NCBI GenBank assembly: GCA_964016885.1
Contig: OZ024740.1
Location: 283,774,001-283,838,000, forward strand
DNA from: Eledone cirrhosa
Lineage: Eukaryota
Reading direction: 5' to 3'
Length of the DNA stretch: 64,000 nucleotides
Shown: one piece after another, positions 1 through 12,377 of the stretch
How positions within the stretch are numbered: position 1 is the stretch's first letter
Layout of the letters: every line of letters starts with the position of its first letter
Position numbers and translations under genes: made by a program
Notes under the pieces: model-generated
What the model saw: the letters and a program-made list of their open reading frames with translations, nothing else
Database searches by the model: none
What the model was told of the DNA's origin: nothing

Positions 1-134
1 ATTACTGATACTTTATTTTATCGACCCCAATAATAAACTAAAGATGGTTACTTTAGATCATCTCTATTTATTTTATTATATATATTCCGAAGATGCAAGG
101 CTTATGTAAAACATAGTCCAAAAAATGTTCTCGT

Positions 135-193
<59 letters not shown>

Positions 194-222
194 TAAAGAA
201 ACACTCGCAAGCGGTGGGAGGG

Positions 223-266
223 ACCGTCCTGAAGAAGGCGAGTCATGCCTGAAATACATAGACGGT
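223..266 (+). ncRNA. Minimal type I hammerhead ribozyme
   Basis: ACCGTC-CTGAAGA-AGGC(gagtcat)GCCT-GAAA(taca)TA^GACGGT; stem I is a perfect 6 bp. Confidence 0.8.
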
Positions 267-337
267 TGTCCCCCTTGCTTCTGCTGGACACCACCAAAGG
301 GCGTTAGCCCCGGTGTCCAACAGAAGCAAGGGGGACA

Positions 338-381
338 ACCGTCTATGTATTTCAGACTTGACTGGCCTTCTTCAGGACGGT
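338..381 (-). ncRNA. Minimal type I hammerhead ribozyme (inverted copy)
   Basis: Reverse complement reads ACCGTC-CTGAAGA-AGGC(cagtcaa)GTCT-GAAA(taca)TA^GACGGT. Confidence 0.8.
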
Positions 382-570
382 CCCTCCCACCGCTTGCGAC
401 TGGTGGGAGGGACCGTCTAGACGGTTGTCCCCCTTGCTTCTGCTGGACACCACCAAAGGGCGTTAGCCCCGGTGTTTGCATAGCTACAGCTTCCTGAAAC
501 CGTGTTTCTTTAGAAATACAAAATGTCTATACATATTTGTAGAAAGCTATGCTTGAAGCGAAATCCTATT

Positions 571-639
<69 letters not shown>

Positions 640-646
640 GTTATTA

Positions 647-1029
647 CTCTTTGAGTCTCAGTCACTGATGTTAGTTAAGTGGAAAGTTTGTTGAAATGAA
701 TATCAAGCCACTACCTGCAGCTTCAGATATTCAGGACGTATCGGAGGGTTCTTGCTGTTCCCAGCAAGCATGCCTTTTGAAGCGTTCCAAAAAGCGTGAA
801 GGGGTCAATTTTCTTTAACCATCCCTGGAAACTTTTTGAGATAGTCCCTAGTGCGCCTATGACAATCGGGACCACTTTGACTTCATGGCAGTTCCAAATC
901 CTTTTTACCTCCCACTTTAAGTCCTGGTATCAGTTAATTTTCTCCCTCTCCTTCTCTTGCACTCTCGTGTCGAATGGGCAGGCCACATCCACAATCAGGC
1001 ACGATCTTTTTTCTTTGTCCACAACCACC
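647..1029 (-). mobile_element. 3' fragment of an R4/Dong-clade LINE (C-terminal restriction-like endonuclease)
   Basis: Minus strand translates CLIVDVACPFD...EKI*YQDLKWEVKRIW...VVPIVIGALGT...LQKACLLGTARTLR. (ATT)n on both sides. Confidence 0.85.
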
Positions 1030-1080
1030 ATTATTATTATTATTATTGTTATTATTATTGTTATTATTATTATTATTATT

Positions 1081-1240
1081 ATACTTGGGGAGGGTCATAT
1101 TGTTATAATATTGCCAGAAATAATAACAGAACAGACTCACTGTTTGGTTTGGGTGGGTTTTCGCTTCTGTATCTTTTATATCTCCAAAGTTAATTTATTT
1201 GGCAATCAATGTTTATCATTGATTGACCAGCGGTTAAAAA
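1081..1240 (-). mobile_element. 3' end of the PLE family also at 26491-26845 and 35860-36755
   Basis: Reverse complement matches ...CAGTGAGT.TGTTCTGTTATTA.TTCTGGCAATATT...ATATGACCCTCCCCAAGTAT. Confidence 0.7.
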
Positions 1241-1857
1241 TATATATATATATATATATATATATACAAAATACGGAATACAAAATACAAAATATATTAT
1301 ATATATATGTGTGTGTGTAAGTGTAAGTGTGTGTGTGCATCTATGTATACAGATGTGTGTATGTATGTGTGTGTGTGTACATTTTCATTAATTGTAAAAT
1401 ACGTTTACATTATCATAATGATAAAATAAATAAAAGAAATTAAAAGAGAACAACTAGGGAATTCTATTTCATCAGCCATTCTTTGGTGTGGGCTTATATT
1501 TCACATCTGGCCTTAGTCTATTACCAACTTCGCTTAGATTTCACATGGTAAGCAATCTGTATTTTGTTTTAAATGTTTCTATATATATATATATACAAAC
1601 TTTTCTAAATTAGCGTCAATCTTTTTTTATCGTATATTGCTGACAAATTTTACTTATATATAGTATTTGCTACTCCTTAAATGTTGAGTTGTTAGACAGC
1701 TTATGTTGGTTGCTATATCTAGTAGCAATTTTAGACTCGTCACTTTATCCGTTGGTCGGTCTACGCATGTGTGTATTGTACACCATTTTGGTTCAATGAG
1801 GACACATGCTGGTCAACAACTGGTTAATATATCCTTTTCTTATGATGATAATCAGAA

Positions 1858-1953
1858 CCCTCTCTGATGATTGAGCCCTCTGGCAGAATGGACTGTCTTG
1901 ATTTATTGAGATGGTCACTTCTGTTCTTTGCTCGAGAAACTGTTGTAAAGGGG
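1858..1953 (+). ncRNA. Type I hammerhead ribozyme with long stem II
   Basis: CCCTCT-CTGATGA-TTGAGC...(about 55-nt hairpin)...GCTCGA-GAAAC(tgtt)GTA^AAGGGG. Confidence 0.65.
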
Positions 1954-2180
1954 ATTTGGAGAACTTAAGCTTTAGGCTGCTTAACTAAGACTCTAACCCT
2001 ACAGTAAGATGCTTGTGAGGTTTATCTTATTTTACATTAATTTACAGGGATCTACCAGTTGTTCATTCTGTATTTTTCTTTAAGATGTTTCTTTATATGT
2101 AAGATTCTCTAAATTAGGTTTTTTAGCAATCATTTTTATGGAGATGTTAAGTATATTACTGACAAATGTTACTTAGAAAT

Positions 2181-2246
<66 letters not shown>

Positions 2247-2298
2247 AATTTGGATGTTCAATTTATACTTACACTATATATATATGCATATATATATA

Positions 2299-2361
<63 letters not shown>

Positions 2362-2520
2362 CTATACTTACTTCACTTGCATTGCATTGTTGTCACTACT
2401 TTTCATGGTAAACATTTCCTCCCAAGATTTCAACGAGCCATCTCCAGTAAGTGTCAAGTTCTGCAGACTTTTCCTGGTAAATGTATAATAAAATACATAT
2501 TTTAGGGCAGTACCTTAGTG

Positions 2521-2912
2521 TGGTGGATTGGCAGTATCGGTAGATGATCCGACTAAATGCTTTGTCGCATATAGCTACGACCCTTTATGTTCTGAGTTAA
2601 AATCCCATCGATTTCATATTTGTCTTTCATCCTTCAGGGGTCGATAAAATAAGGTGCCAGTCAAGTACTGAAGTCGATTTAATCGACTTTTCTCTTGTGC
2701 CAGAATTAGAAAAAATTATTACCAGGTGGATTGGCAGTATTGGTAGAGGGTCGGATGCCATGCTTTAACGTATAGAGTTACGGCCCTTGTCTTTCTGAGT
2801 TCAAATCCCGCCAAGGTTAACTTTGCCTTTCATCCTTACGGGGTCGATAAAATAAAGTACCAGTAATGCACTGGGTAATTGCTGGCCTTGTGCCTAACGT
2901 AGAAACAATTAT
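2521..2912 (+). mobile_element. Two tandem copies of the dominant tRNA-derived SINE (family A)
   Basis: GGTGGATTGGCAGTATCGGTAGA head, GAGTTCAAATCC B-box, TTTGCCTTTCATCCTTACGGGGTCGATAAAATAAAGTACCAGT body, GGCCTTGTGCC...GAAACAATT end. Confidence 0.85.
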
Positions 2913-2999
2913 TACCAATACTTCCTTGCTGGAAGTTTTTCTTTTCTTTTTGAAAGTATTTGTTGCTTGAAAAGATGCGAACTCTACATAGGTAATAGT

Positions 3000-3261
3000 A
3001 GTCTGTCTTAAGCCATTTAAGGCTTTTTAGGCTGGTGCTTACCCAGGTTTCATGGCGTGAGGCGATTCAGAGTACAAGACTTCCCTCTGGACAGGGTTAA
3101 ACCTCCAGCTATTGCTGATACTCATTTTCAGCTGAGTATACTGGAGCAAGGTGAAATGAAGTGTTTTGCTCAAGAACACAACACGCAATTAAGCCCAGAT
3201 ATCGAACCCACGATATCATGATCGTAAGTCCAACACCCTTACCACTAGACCACATTCCTCC
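3000..3261 (-). mobile_element. tRNA-derived SINE with CORE-like central domain
   Basis: Minus strand has GTGGTCTAGTGGTAAGG (A-box), GGGTTCGAT (B-box) and GTGTTCTTGAGCAAAACACTT. Confidence 0.75.
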
Positions 3262-3435
3262 AGATAACATAGCTCGTAACGAAGGTGAAATCTTTCGAAA
3301 GAACATTTCTTAAAACTTTATTCATTGTTATATACTTGTCCCCTCTTCTACTTTATTTTTATCTTTCCTCCGTTCAGTTGTGTTCCATAACTTATTAGAG
3401 ACACTGATCTTAAGTTATTATTTTGTCATCCGTGT

Positions 3436-3810
3436 GGTGGATTGGCAGTATCGGTAGAGGGTCGGACGCCATGCTTTGTAGCATAGAGTTACGCCCCTGA
3501 GTTCAAATACTGCCGAGGTTAACTTTGCCTTTCATCCTTACGGGGACGATAAAATAAAATACCAGTAATACACTGGGATAATTTTTGGCCTTGTGCCAAA
3601 ATAGAAACAATTATTTTGTCATCCATGTATTGTCCTTTGTGACCAATGAAATTATTATCATTATTATTATTGTTTTAAGGGTGGTGATTGGCAGAATCGT
3701 TAGCACGCAGAACAAAATGTTTAGTGCGTATTAGTTACTGCAATTTGTCTTTCAGTTTAAATTCCAACTTGTATCTTTCTAGGATCGATAAAATAAAGTA
3801 CCAGTTAAGT
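3436..3810 (+). mobile_element. SINE family A, one full copy and one degenerate copy
   Basis: Same head and body motifs as 2521-2912. Confidence 0.75.
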
Positions 3811-4000
3811 GTTGAAATGTATTTATTCGATTGATCACAAGAGAACAGTTCTTTTTGAAACTGCTGTCCAATCTCTTACCCTAATTGGATTTATCTATGT
3901 CCAAAATATATTTATTGGAAGGGATATTTGCATAAATGTTGCTGTTGTTAAACGAGGGTATGAGTGTGAAAATATATTAATAAATAAAGAGGTGAAATAA

Positions 4001-4188
4001 CTGTTTCTACTTTAGGCACAAGGCCAGCAATTACCCAGTGCATTACTGGTACTTTATTTTATCGACCCCGTAAGGATGAAAGGCAAAGTCAACCTCGGCG
4101 GGATTTGAACTCAGATCGTAAAGGGACGTAACTATGCTGGAAAGCATGGCGTCCGACCCTCTACCGATACTGCCAATCCACCGCCCTT
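4001..4188 (-). mobile_element. SINE family A with target-site duplication
   Basis: Full copy flanked by the direct repeat TAAAGAGGTGAAATAA. Confidence 0.9.
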
Positions 4189-4796
4189 TAAAGAGGTGAA
4201 ATAACATTGTGAAAATACGTGACTATAACGGGGTGAATTACGTGGTGAAAGTATTTGACTACCATAACAAGATGGATAAACAAAACAATAGATTTCACCG
4301 TTGCTGAAGGATTACATCTTGATAAACTATTGTTTACTTCACTAGAAGTTCGGAAACAGAAATGTCAAACTATTTTCGAAAAGTTACCTTATTTAATCTC
4401 AGAATTTTTGTAGGATCAAGATTGGGTCAAATTGCATAGCCTACTAAAGCTACCTGCGAATTTCCTGTCTGCATTTAGCAAACACGTTAGAGAAAGGTGA
4501 GGTAAATATTTTATTTATACTAAAAAACACTAAAAGTTAATCATAGAGCTTTTCTTTGTGATTAGATTAAGTGAAATATTTTTACAGATTTAAAACTGTT
4601 TATCTTCCTTTGAACTATTGACGTCATTAAACATAGTGACCCGGTACTTAAAGGGATCAACGGGCTATCAATATCCCTATCCCTCTGTAAAATATATATA
4701 TATATTTAAGATAAGCGATCACTGGTTGGGTGGATTATGCTTCTTCCCATGTATACTGCCACAGTCTTTACGTACATACATATATACGCACACAAT

Positions 4797-4950
<154 letters not shown>

Positions 4951-5052
4951 CTATATTAAAACTTTTATACTCTGCTATGTATTGAGTACCTTACTTACTG
5001 TGGTTACTTCCGATTCAACCCGGAATAACGTATATATATATATATATATATA

Positions 5053-5370
5053 TAGGAACGAGTAGGACCCCGACGGCTGAGCTCAAGCCGTTTCGACGGC
5101 TAATTCTGGACTAAAGTATATATATATATACATGTGCGCGCGTATATATGTATGTGTGTGTATATGTATATATATATATATATATAACGAAGGAAATGTG
5201 GTAAGGAACCAGGTGGACCATAACGCACCAAAATACTCAATACTTAGGGTAGTTGAGTGGGTAATAAGAACGAGTAGGACCCCGACGGCTGAGCTCAAGC
5301 CGTTTCGACGGCTAATTCTGGACTAAAGTATATATATATATATGTGCGCGCGTATATATGTATGTGTGTG

Positions 5371-5409
<39 letters not shown>

Positions 5410-5520
5410 CGAAGGAAATGTGGTAAGGAACCAGGTGGACCATAACGCACCAAAGTACTCAATACTTAGGGTAGTTGAGTGGGTAATAGGAACGAGTAGG
5501 ACCCCGACGGCTGAGCTCCA
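5053..5520 (-). mobile_element. Tandem partial copies of a short TA-flanked element (family also at 44346-44537 and 59657-59900)
   Basis: GAACGAGTAGGACCCCGACGGCTGAGCTC occurs three times. Minus strand carries GAAACGGC(ttgagctca)GCCGTC, a hammerhead 3' half. Confidence 0.7.
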
Positions 5521-5770
5521 TATATATATATATATATATATTTGTTGCCTGTATCGCTGTCAACTTTATAATAATTTTTACATTTATTTTTATTCTTATG
5601 TGACGGTATTTTTATTATTATATTTTTTCTTATAATTAATTGTGTGTGCGCGTATGTAGGTGTGTGTACATATATCTATATTTGTGTATGCGTATGTATG
5701 CGTGTATATATGTGTGTATGTATGTGTGTGTATGTACGTGTGTATATATGTATGATTATGTGTATGTATG

Positions 5771-5850
<80 letters not shown>

Positions 5851-6174
5851 GTGTGTGTGTTTGTGTGTTTGTGTATTTGTGTGATGTGTATGTATGGATA
5901 TGTTGATATATATGTGTGTATGTATGTACATGTATATGTATGTGTATTTGTACGTGTATGTATATGTGTATGTATGTGTATATATATATATATATATGTG
6001 TATATGTATGTATATATATAAATGTGTATGTATATATGTGTGTGTATGTAATTGTGTGTGTGTGTGTGTGCATGTGTGTTTATTTTTCCTTTCCTTCTTC
6101 CTTTTCCAGCCTCACTTTCATATAGATTATATTTTTGTTTTTAAAATCCAATGTCAATAAATACACCAGGATTT

Positions 6175-6235
6175 TCTCATTCTGATGATTGAAAGCAAAA
6201 TTTGTTTGCTTTCAAGAAACCACTGGTAAATGAAA
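6175..6235 (+). ncRNA. Type I hammerhead ribozyme
   Basis: TCATT-CTGATGA-TTGAAAGCAAA(atttg)TTTGCTTTCAA-GAAACC(act)GGTA^AATGA; stem II is a perfect 11 bp. Confidence 0.8.
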
Positions 6236-6331
6236 TAATTGCCTTATGTTGTTTATTACATAACTATTAAGCTCTGTAACCTACATAGAGCACTCTTTTT
6301 TCCTGGACCTTTCCGACGGAATTACTTCATT

Positions 6332-6384
<53 letters not shown>

Positions 6385-6386
<2 letters not shown>

Positions 6387-6700
6387 ATGATATTAATAAA
6401 TGGAAACTATTTATTCTATTATATATATTTCAAGGGGACCAAAACTTTGGTACGCCCTCATCAGATAAAATACAAAGCTTGTTTTATAAATATTGACATA
6501 TCCAGGAATGAGACCTTAACGGTTTAAGTGTTACCCCGAACCGTTAAGGTCTCATTCCTGGTTATGTCAATATTTATAAAACAAGCTCTGAGTTTTATCT
6601 GATGAGAGCGTACCAAAGTTTTGGTTCCCTTGAAATATATATAATAGAATAAATATGGTTTTATAAATATAGTTTCCATTTATTAATAACATTGATATTA
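6385..6700. mobile_element. Fold-back (palindromic) pLTR element with two HHRs (6413-6470 minus, 6592-6650 plus)
   Basis: Arms of about 140 bp are inverted around about 6532. Each arm reads TTTTAT-CTGATGA-G.G...CCCTT-GAAAT(atat)ATA^ATAGAA. A single-arm copy lies at 22775-22925. Confidence 0.8.
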
Positions 6701-6786
6701 TACTCCAGAAAACTTGTCGAGTGCTTCGAATCTGTTATATATATATATTTTTGTTGAATTGCCAACAAATTAAATATTTCTTTGCT

Positions 6787-6901
<115 letters not shown>

Positions 6902-7013
6902 TCGTTTTAATCATTTGCTAACCCAGAAAAAAGAGAGAAAAAATCAAAAAGGAAAAATAATAATCATCTTTTTCTCCTTGTTTTCATATATATAAATATA
7001 TATATATATACAT

Positions 7014-7731
7014 ATATTCATTTGTTAAGCAAAACAAGACCACAAATTTCACAAGGAAGAGATTATTAAAAGATTGTCAACATATTTTAGTTTGATGTAA
7101 GGAATGTAGAGAAAAATAATAATAATAATATTAATAATAATAATTGTTTCTAGTTTAGGCACAAGGCCAGCAATTATCCAGTGCATTACTGGTACTTTAT
7201 TTTATCGACCCCGTAAGGATGAAAAGCAAAGTCAACCTCGGCGGGATTTGAACTCAGATCGTAAAGGGACGTAACTATGCTGGAAAGCATGGCGTCCGAC
7301 CCTCTACTGATTTGTTTCGCTACTCCATATAATATTTCTGGATCAGATGACTATATATCATAATTGATCTGGTTCAGTTGAAAATAGTTAACATATTTAA
7401 AAAACAGACCGGCTCATCGGAACTTCAAAGGAATATAAATTTAAAAAAGGAGAGAATGTTACATAATATAATGTTCCATAGCCGCTCTGTTTTTTAAATA
7501 TGTTAATTATTTTCAACTGAACCAGATCAATTATGATATATAGTCATCTGATCCAGAAATATTATATGGAGTAGCGAAACAATTGTAAACGGACATTATT
7601 ATTATTAATATTATTAATATTATTATTATTATTCTCTACATTCCTTACATCAAACTAAAATGTGTTGACAATCTTTTAATAATGTCTTCCTTGTGAAATT
7701 TGTGGTCTTGTTTTGCTTAACAAATGAATAT
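7014..7731. mobile_element. Fold-back element with a SINE inserted in the left arm
   Basis: 7014-7112 is inverted at 7631-7731, and 7311-7408 at 7486-7583. SINE A (minus) occupies 7142-7310. GAAAC(aatt)GTA at about 7576. Confidence 0.75.
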
Positions 7732-7789
7732 TTCCAGCTCTGCGCACCTAACTTCTGCATGAACCCAGCCACCATATTTATATATATAT

Positions 7790-7856
<67 letters not shown>

Positions 7857-7877
7857 ATATATATAATATATAATATA

Positions 7878-10800
7878 GTCTGCTGACTGACTGTCTCTTC
7901 ACTCATCTTCCTGGGACACAACGCACGAACAGAAAAGGGGGTTCATGCCAACCCCGAACCACAATAAACCACCCCTGCTGCGGTAATGCTGCTCCAGTCT
8001 CCTCACAAAGACATGATTACAACAACAAAAACAACAAAAGTAATGCTGCTCCAGTCTTGTCACAAAGACACGATTACAACAACAACAACAAAAATAACGC
8101 TGCTCCAGTCTTGTCACAAAGACACGATCACAACAACAACAACAAAAATAAGGCTGCTCCAGTCTTTTCACAAAGACACAATTACAACAAATACAACAAC
8201 AACAAAAGAGGGAACTGCAACCCTATCCAATGTTGTAACCACAAATCCAATCAAAAACTGCTCCCTGAACAAAACATGAACCTGGCAAAAGAGATAGAGA
8301 AAAACATTTTAGCCATCACCCAACACCATCCTTGCTCTCACTAACACACAATCACAAAATAAGCCCCCTGCAAGAGTCAAAACCAGCCACCACACTAGCC
8401 TCCACATTCTTACTCAATACACAAGGTATCAGCCCATCCATCAATGCACAGAAACGGAAGATCCAATTCATTGAGGATTGGATTGGTAACCATCCATTTC
8501 ACATCCCCTTCTTCATTCTTACTGAGACCCACCTTGACAACTCCTACTTGGAGGCCGAAGTAAGAGTGAGAAATTTCACAACCATCCGTGCGGATCGATC
8601 GTCTTGGCAGAAGGAAGGGTGGAACTGCCATTTTCCTGCATGATTCCTTTACGGCAGATGGCAACACAACATTCTCTAATGGCTACTGTGAATCAGTCAC
8701 TGTGCACAATAAAGCCAATGACCTGAGATTAGTTGAGCTCTATAAGCCTCTAAAAACACCCATAATCTGTTTCAAAGAATGCCTCAACAGTATTAAATGC
8801 TTTATTAAACAGTGCCATTCCAGCAACATACTTTTGATGGGAGACTTTAATCTACCCTGTGTCGATTGGTCTACATGTAGTTTGAAACCAGGCTCCACAG
8901 CCTCAACCACTGACAAAGAGGCTGTCGAGTCACTTCTTGACTTCATGAATGAGTTTTTCTTGTCCCAACTTGTCCTTGCACCAACGAGGCATCAGAAGAA
9001 CATTCTGGATCTAGTGTTTAGTAACCACACTAACACTATACATAATATTATAGTGGAAAAAAACCCTTCTCTCAGACCATGACATGGTTCTTTGTAACCT
9101 GAGATTCCACCAGCCGAAAGCTAATCCCAGGGTCCTCTCTCCAGCCCACCCATTTGATAACATGGATCTCTACAATGCCAACTGTGATGCAATTATGAAC
9201 GAACTATCACATGTCGACTGGTCTTTTACACACGCACACACTTGCACCAACATCAAAACATCTTGGCAGATCTTTGTAGACACTGTCACAAATATATGTA
9301 CAAAACACACCCCACCAAAACCTGTGAACAAAACCAAGTGCAGTATCCCCCAAAACAGAAAAACAATTATCAGAAAAATAAAAAGAACAAACAAAAAAAT
9401 TAACACACTAAAATACTGCCAACAGCAACACACACATTCGATGGCTATCACCCTGCTTGAGTCAAGAAAATATAACCTCCAGCAATGCATGATGACCATC
9501 ATCAATAACCAGAGAATAGCTGAAGAGAGGTGGGCCATTGAGAAAATCAAACTCAACCCCAAAGTGTTCTTTTCATTTGCTAACAAACACAAGGTCACCG
9601 TCTCCACTGTTGGCCCTCTAGTTGATGAAAATGGCACACTCCAGGATAATGCCAAAACCATGGGCGAGATACTGCAGAAACAATACTGCTCTGTTTTCAG
9701 CAATCCTGATATGGCCGATCTGGGCCGTATCAGTGATGTTAACCCCCAACACACTACATAACGTTTGGTGCCCCTGATGTCTGAGCGGCAATAAACGAAA
9801 TTAAACACAATTCAGCAGTAGGCCTCGACAGGTTCCCTGCTTGTGTCCTGAAGGTGTGTCGACACCAACTTGCAACTCCTCTTGCTAATCTGTGGACTAA
9901 CTCACTGGACACTGGCTATATTCCTGAAAACTTTCTGTCCCAGTCCGTTGTCCCAGTCTTCAAAAAGGGAAATAAGTCTTTTGCAGTGAACTACCGTCCG
10001 ATCTCACTCACCTCTCATATTATCAAGGTATTTGAGAGGGTGGTGAGATCACGAATAACCCACTTTCTTGAAAGCAACGGCCTGCTAAACTCCAACCAAC
10101 ATGGGTTCCGTAATGGAAGGAACTGCCTAACGCAGCTCCTGCATCACTTTGACGATGTTTTGAGAGCCTTGGGAGAGGGCTCCAACACTGATGTCATCTA
10201 CCTTGATTTCAGAAAGGCCTTCGACAGGGTGATCATAACATTCTACTGAAAAAACTATCCGATGTTGGTGTCTCTGGAAGGTTACTACAGTGGATCAAAT
10301 GTTTCCTGACAGGCAGAACCCAGCTTGTTGTAGTCGAAGGAGTAAAATCAAGCCTTGCCAAAGTCAGCAGTGGCGTCCCACAAGGTACTGTGTTGGGCTC
10401 ACTTCTTTTCATCATCTACATTAATGACATTAATGACATTACTGACATCATCAAACACTGCAACATCAGAATCTTCGCAGATGATTCCAAGCTCCAAAGG
10501 GTCATCAATGAGGTGGGTGATTGGACTTGCCTTCAGTCAGACCTACTGGCTGTTATCCAATGGGCAGAAATGAATAATATGCTGTTGAATGAACTAATCC
10601 ACTTTGGAAAAAAGGATGCCCTGAAACTACGATACTCTCTTCCTTCGGGTTAAACTCTAGTGGCTTCCAATAACATCAGAGACCTGGGAGTAATTGTGGA
10701 TAACAATATAAGCTGGGCCACTCATATAAACAGCAAAGTTGATATGGCCCGCAGAATGTGTTCCTGGATTCTCAGAACTTTCCAGTCGAGAGATATCCAC

Positions 10801-11360
10801 ACTGTTATCCTTCTCTTCTCCACTTTTTCCCGACCCCACCTTGAATACTGTTGTTCACTGTGGTCACCCCACACGAAACAAAGTATCATGAAAGTTGAAG
10901 CACCCAAAGGTCGATTACAAAAACGATAGATGGCATGACAGGCCTTGACTATTGGAGTCGATTAGAAAAGCTCAAACATTATTCTCTTCAACGTCGCCGT
11001 GAGCACTACATTATCTGTATGATGTGGAAAATATTCCATCAGCTTAGCTGATGTTGGCATCACCTTTAGTGTACACCCTAGGCTTGGGCCCCGTGCTATC
11101 CGCCCACGACAAAAATCCCACTCGCATCACATAACAACAATTATTTCACCTCAATTGGCCCTGCACTCTTTAACTTTACACCAAAACACATCAAAGCGGA
11201 GACAGACCCCATCAGGTTCAAGAAGTCATTGGATAAATTCCTTCAAGAAATCCCGGATAAGCCTCCTACACCCGGATATGCCTCCGTAAACAATAACTCT
11301 CTGCTCGAGTGGGCCATGGTGCCCAAAGACTAATTTGTAAGACTTCGCCAGGTGGTGCTG
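7878..11360 (+). mobile_element. Near full-length, frameshifted CR1-type LINE (APE endonuclease + RT)
   Basis: Motifs GGTAIFL, LMGDFNLPCVDW, PTR..NILDLVF, NYRPISLTS, NQHGFR, YLDFRKAFD, SGVPQG, FADDSK and RPHLEYC occur across ORF pieces 8332-10929. Confidence 0.92.
7984..8200 (+). repeat. About 4 copies of a 54-57 bp minisatellite upstream of LINE ORF2
   Basis: Unit TGCTCCAGTCTTGTCACAAAGACACGATTACAACAACAAC... Confidence 0.85.
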
Positions 11361-12270
11361 ACTTTTTAAAGTTTAATTATAAGGCCTGTTGATCCTTTAG
11401 GCATTCAAATTGTTAATCTTAAAATTCTTTAAAAATTATAACTAATTAGTTTCTAAATTATATAATATAAACTGTTTTCAATACATTATAAATAATTTAA
11501 TATTATATAATAAACTTAGTAATGTTTACCTTCGTGAGGTTGTAAATCCTTTAAATGTGATTTTATAAAATTTGATTTTAGAAATTAAATATGATAGTAT
11601 ACTTTAATATTAATACAGATATTTATTAACTTTATTAACTTTTATAACCTAAAATATTATTCATTACTCTGAACTAACTTAAATTAAATGTTTTGAATGT
11701 TAACGGTCAACCAGATATGTTTAAATATATATTGTATATATGGATAATTGTCTAGAGACTTGATATTAACCTTCATATGTATAAACCCAATTATATTTAA
11801 AATTCCGATTGATGAATATTTTTAGATATTGCAATAATTCAATAAATTGAGTTTCTTCCTTTTTCCTTTTCCTTTTTCCTTTTTCCTAAAGCTAAGCCCA
11901 AATGTTGTCTTAATTTAGTATCTCCCTTTATTATTACACTACATAAGTTAGTCCTCTTTATCTCTCTCTCTGTAATCAACTCTCCTTTGTTTTCTAGGCT
12001 CCTACTAACTATATTATCCCCTCATCTGTTTTTTCCTCTATGCCTTTCTTTTCTTTCCTCTTTCTTCTGTAATTTAAATTATTTAACAGTTATATTGCTG
12101 TCAAGTATTTTCTAAGCTTTCTCACACGCACCCTCCCTATTGTATGTATTATATTTTTTTCTCATGTTTTCAATATTAAGGTATATAAATATTAAGTTTT
12201 GTCATATATTACTTACTACCTTGACTGAATCTTAACCATCTACTATGTCAGGGTATGTCATGCGTCATCT

Positions 12271-12337
12271 TATTTTATCTGATGAGGATGTACTGTTGAA
12301 GTTAACTCAGTACCTCTGAAATATGTATAATAAAATA
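12271..12337 (+). ncRNA. Type I hammerhead ribozyme near the end of an AT-rich segment (about 11370-12380) that terminates in (TA)n
   Basis: TATTTTAT-CTGATGA-GG..GTACTG..CAGTAC.CT-GAAAT(atgt)ATA^ATAAAATA; stem I is a perfect 8 bp. Confidence 0.8.
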
Positions 12338-12377
12338 TACTTGATCACAAGAATACCTATTTTGTTAATATTTTGAA

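Larger units (their letters stand above)
191..515. mobile_element. Non-coding PLE pLTR/retrozyme-like element; three partial copies (+,-,+) bounded by an inverted terminus TTCTAAAGAAACAC
   Basis: 211-286 is inverted at about 319-398, and a third copy follows at 402-476. Left flank is (TA)n; a (TA)n tract follows about 60 bp downstream. Confidence 0.65.

Noticed and set aside
2521-4188. tRNA genes
   Set aside because: The A/B boxes belong to SINE heads followed by SINE bodies and TSDs; I see no intact cloverleaf.
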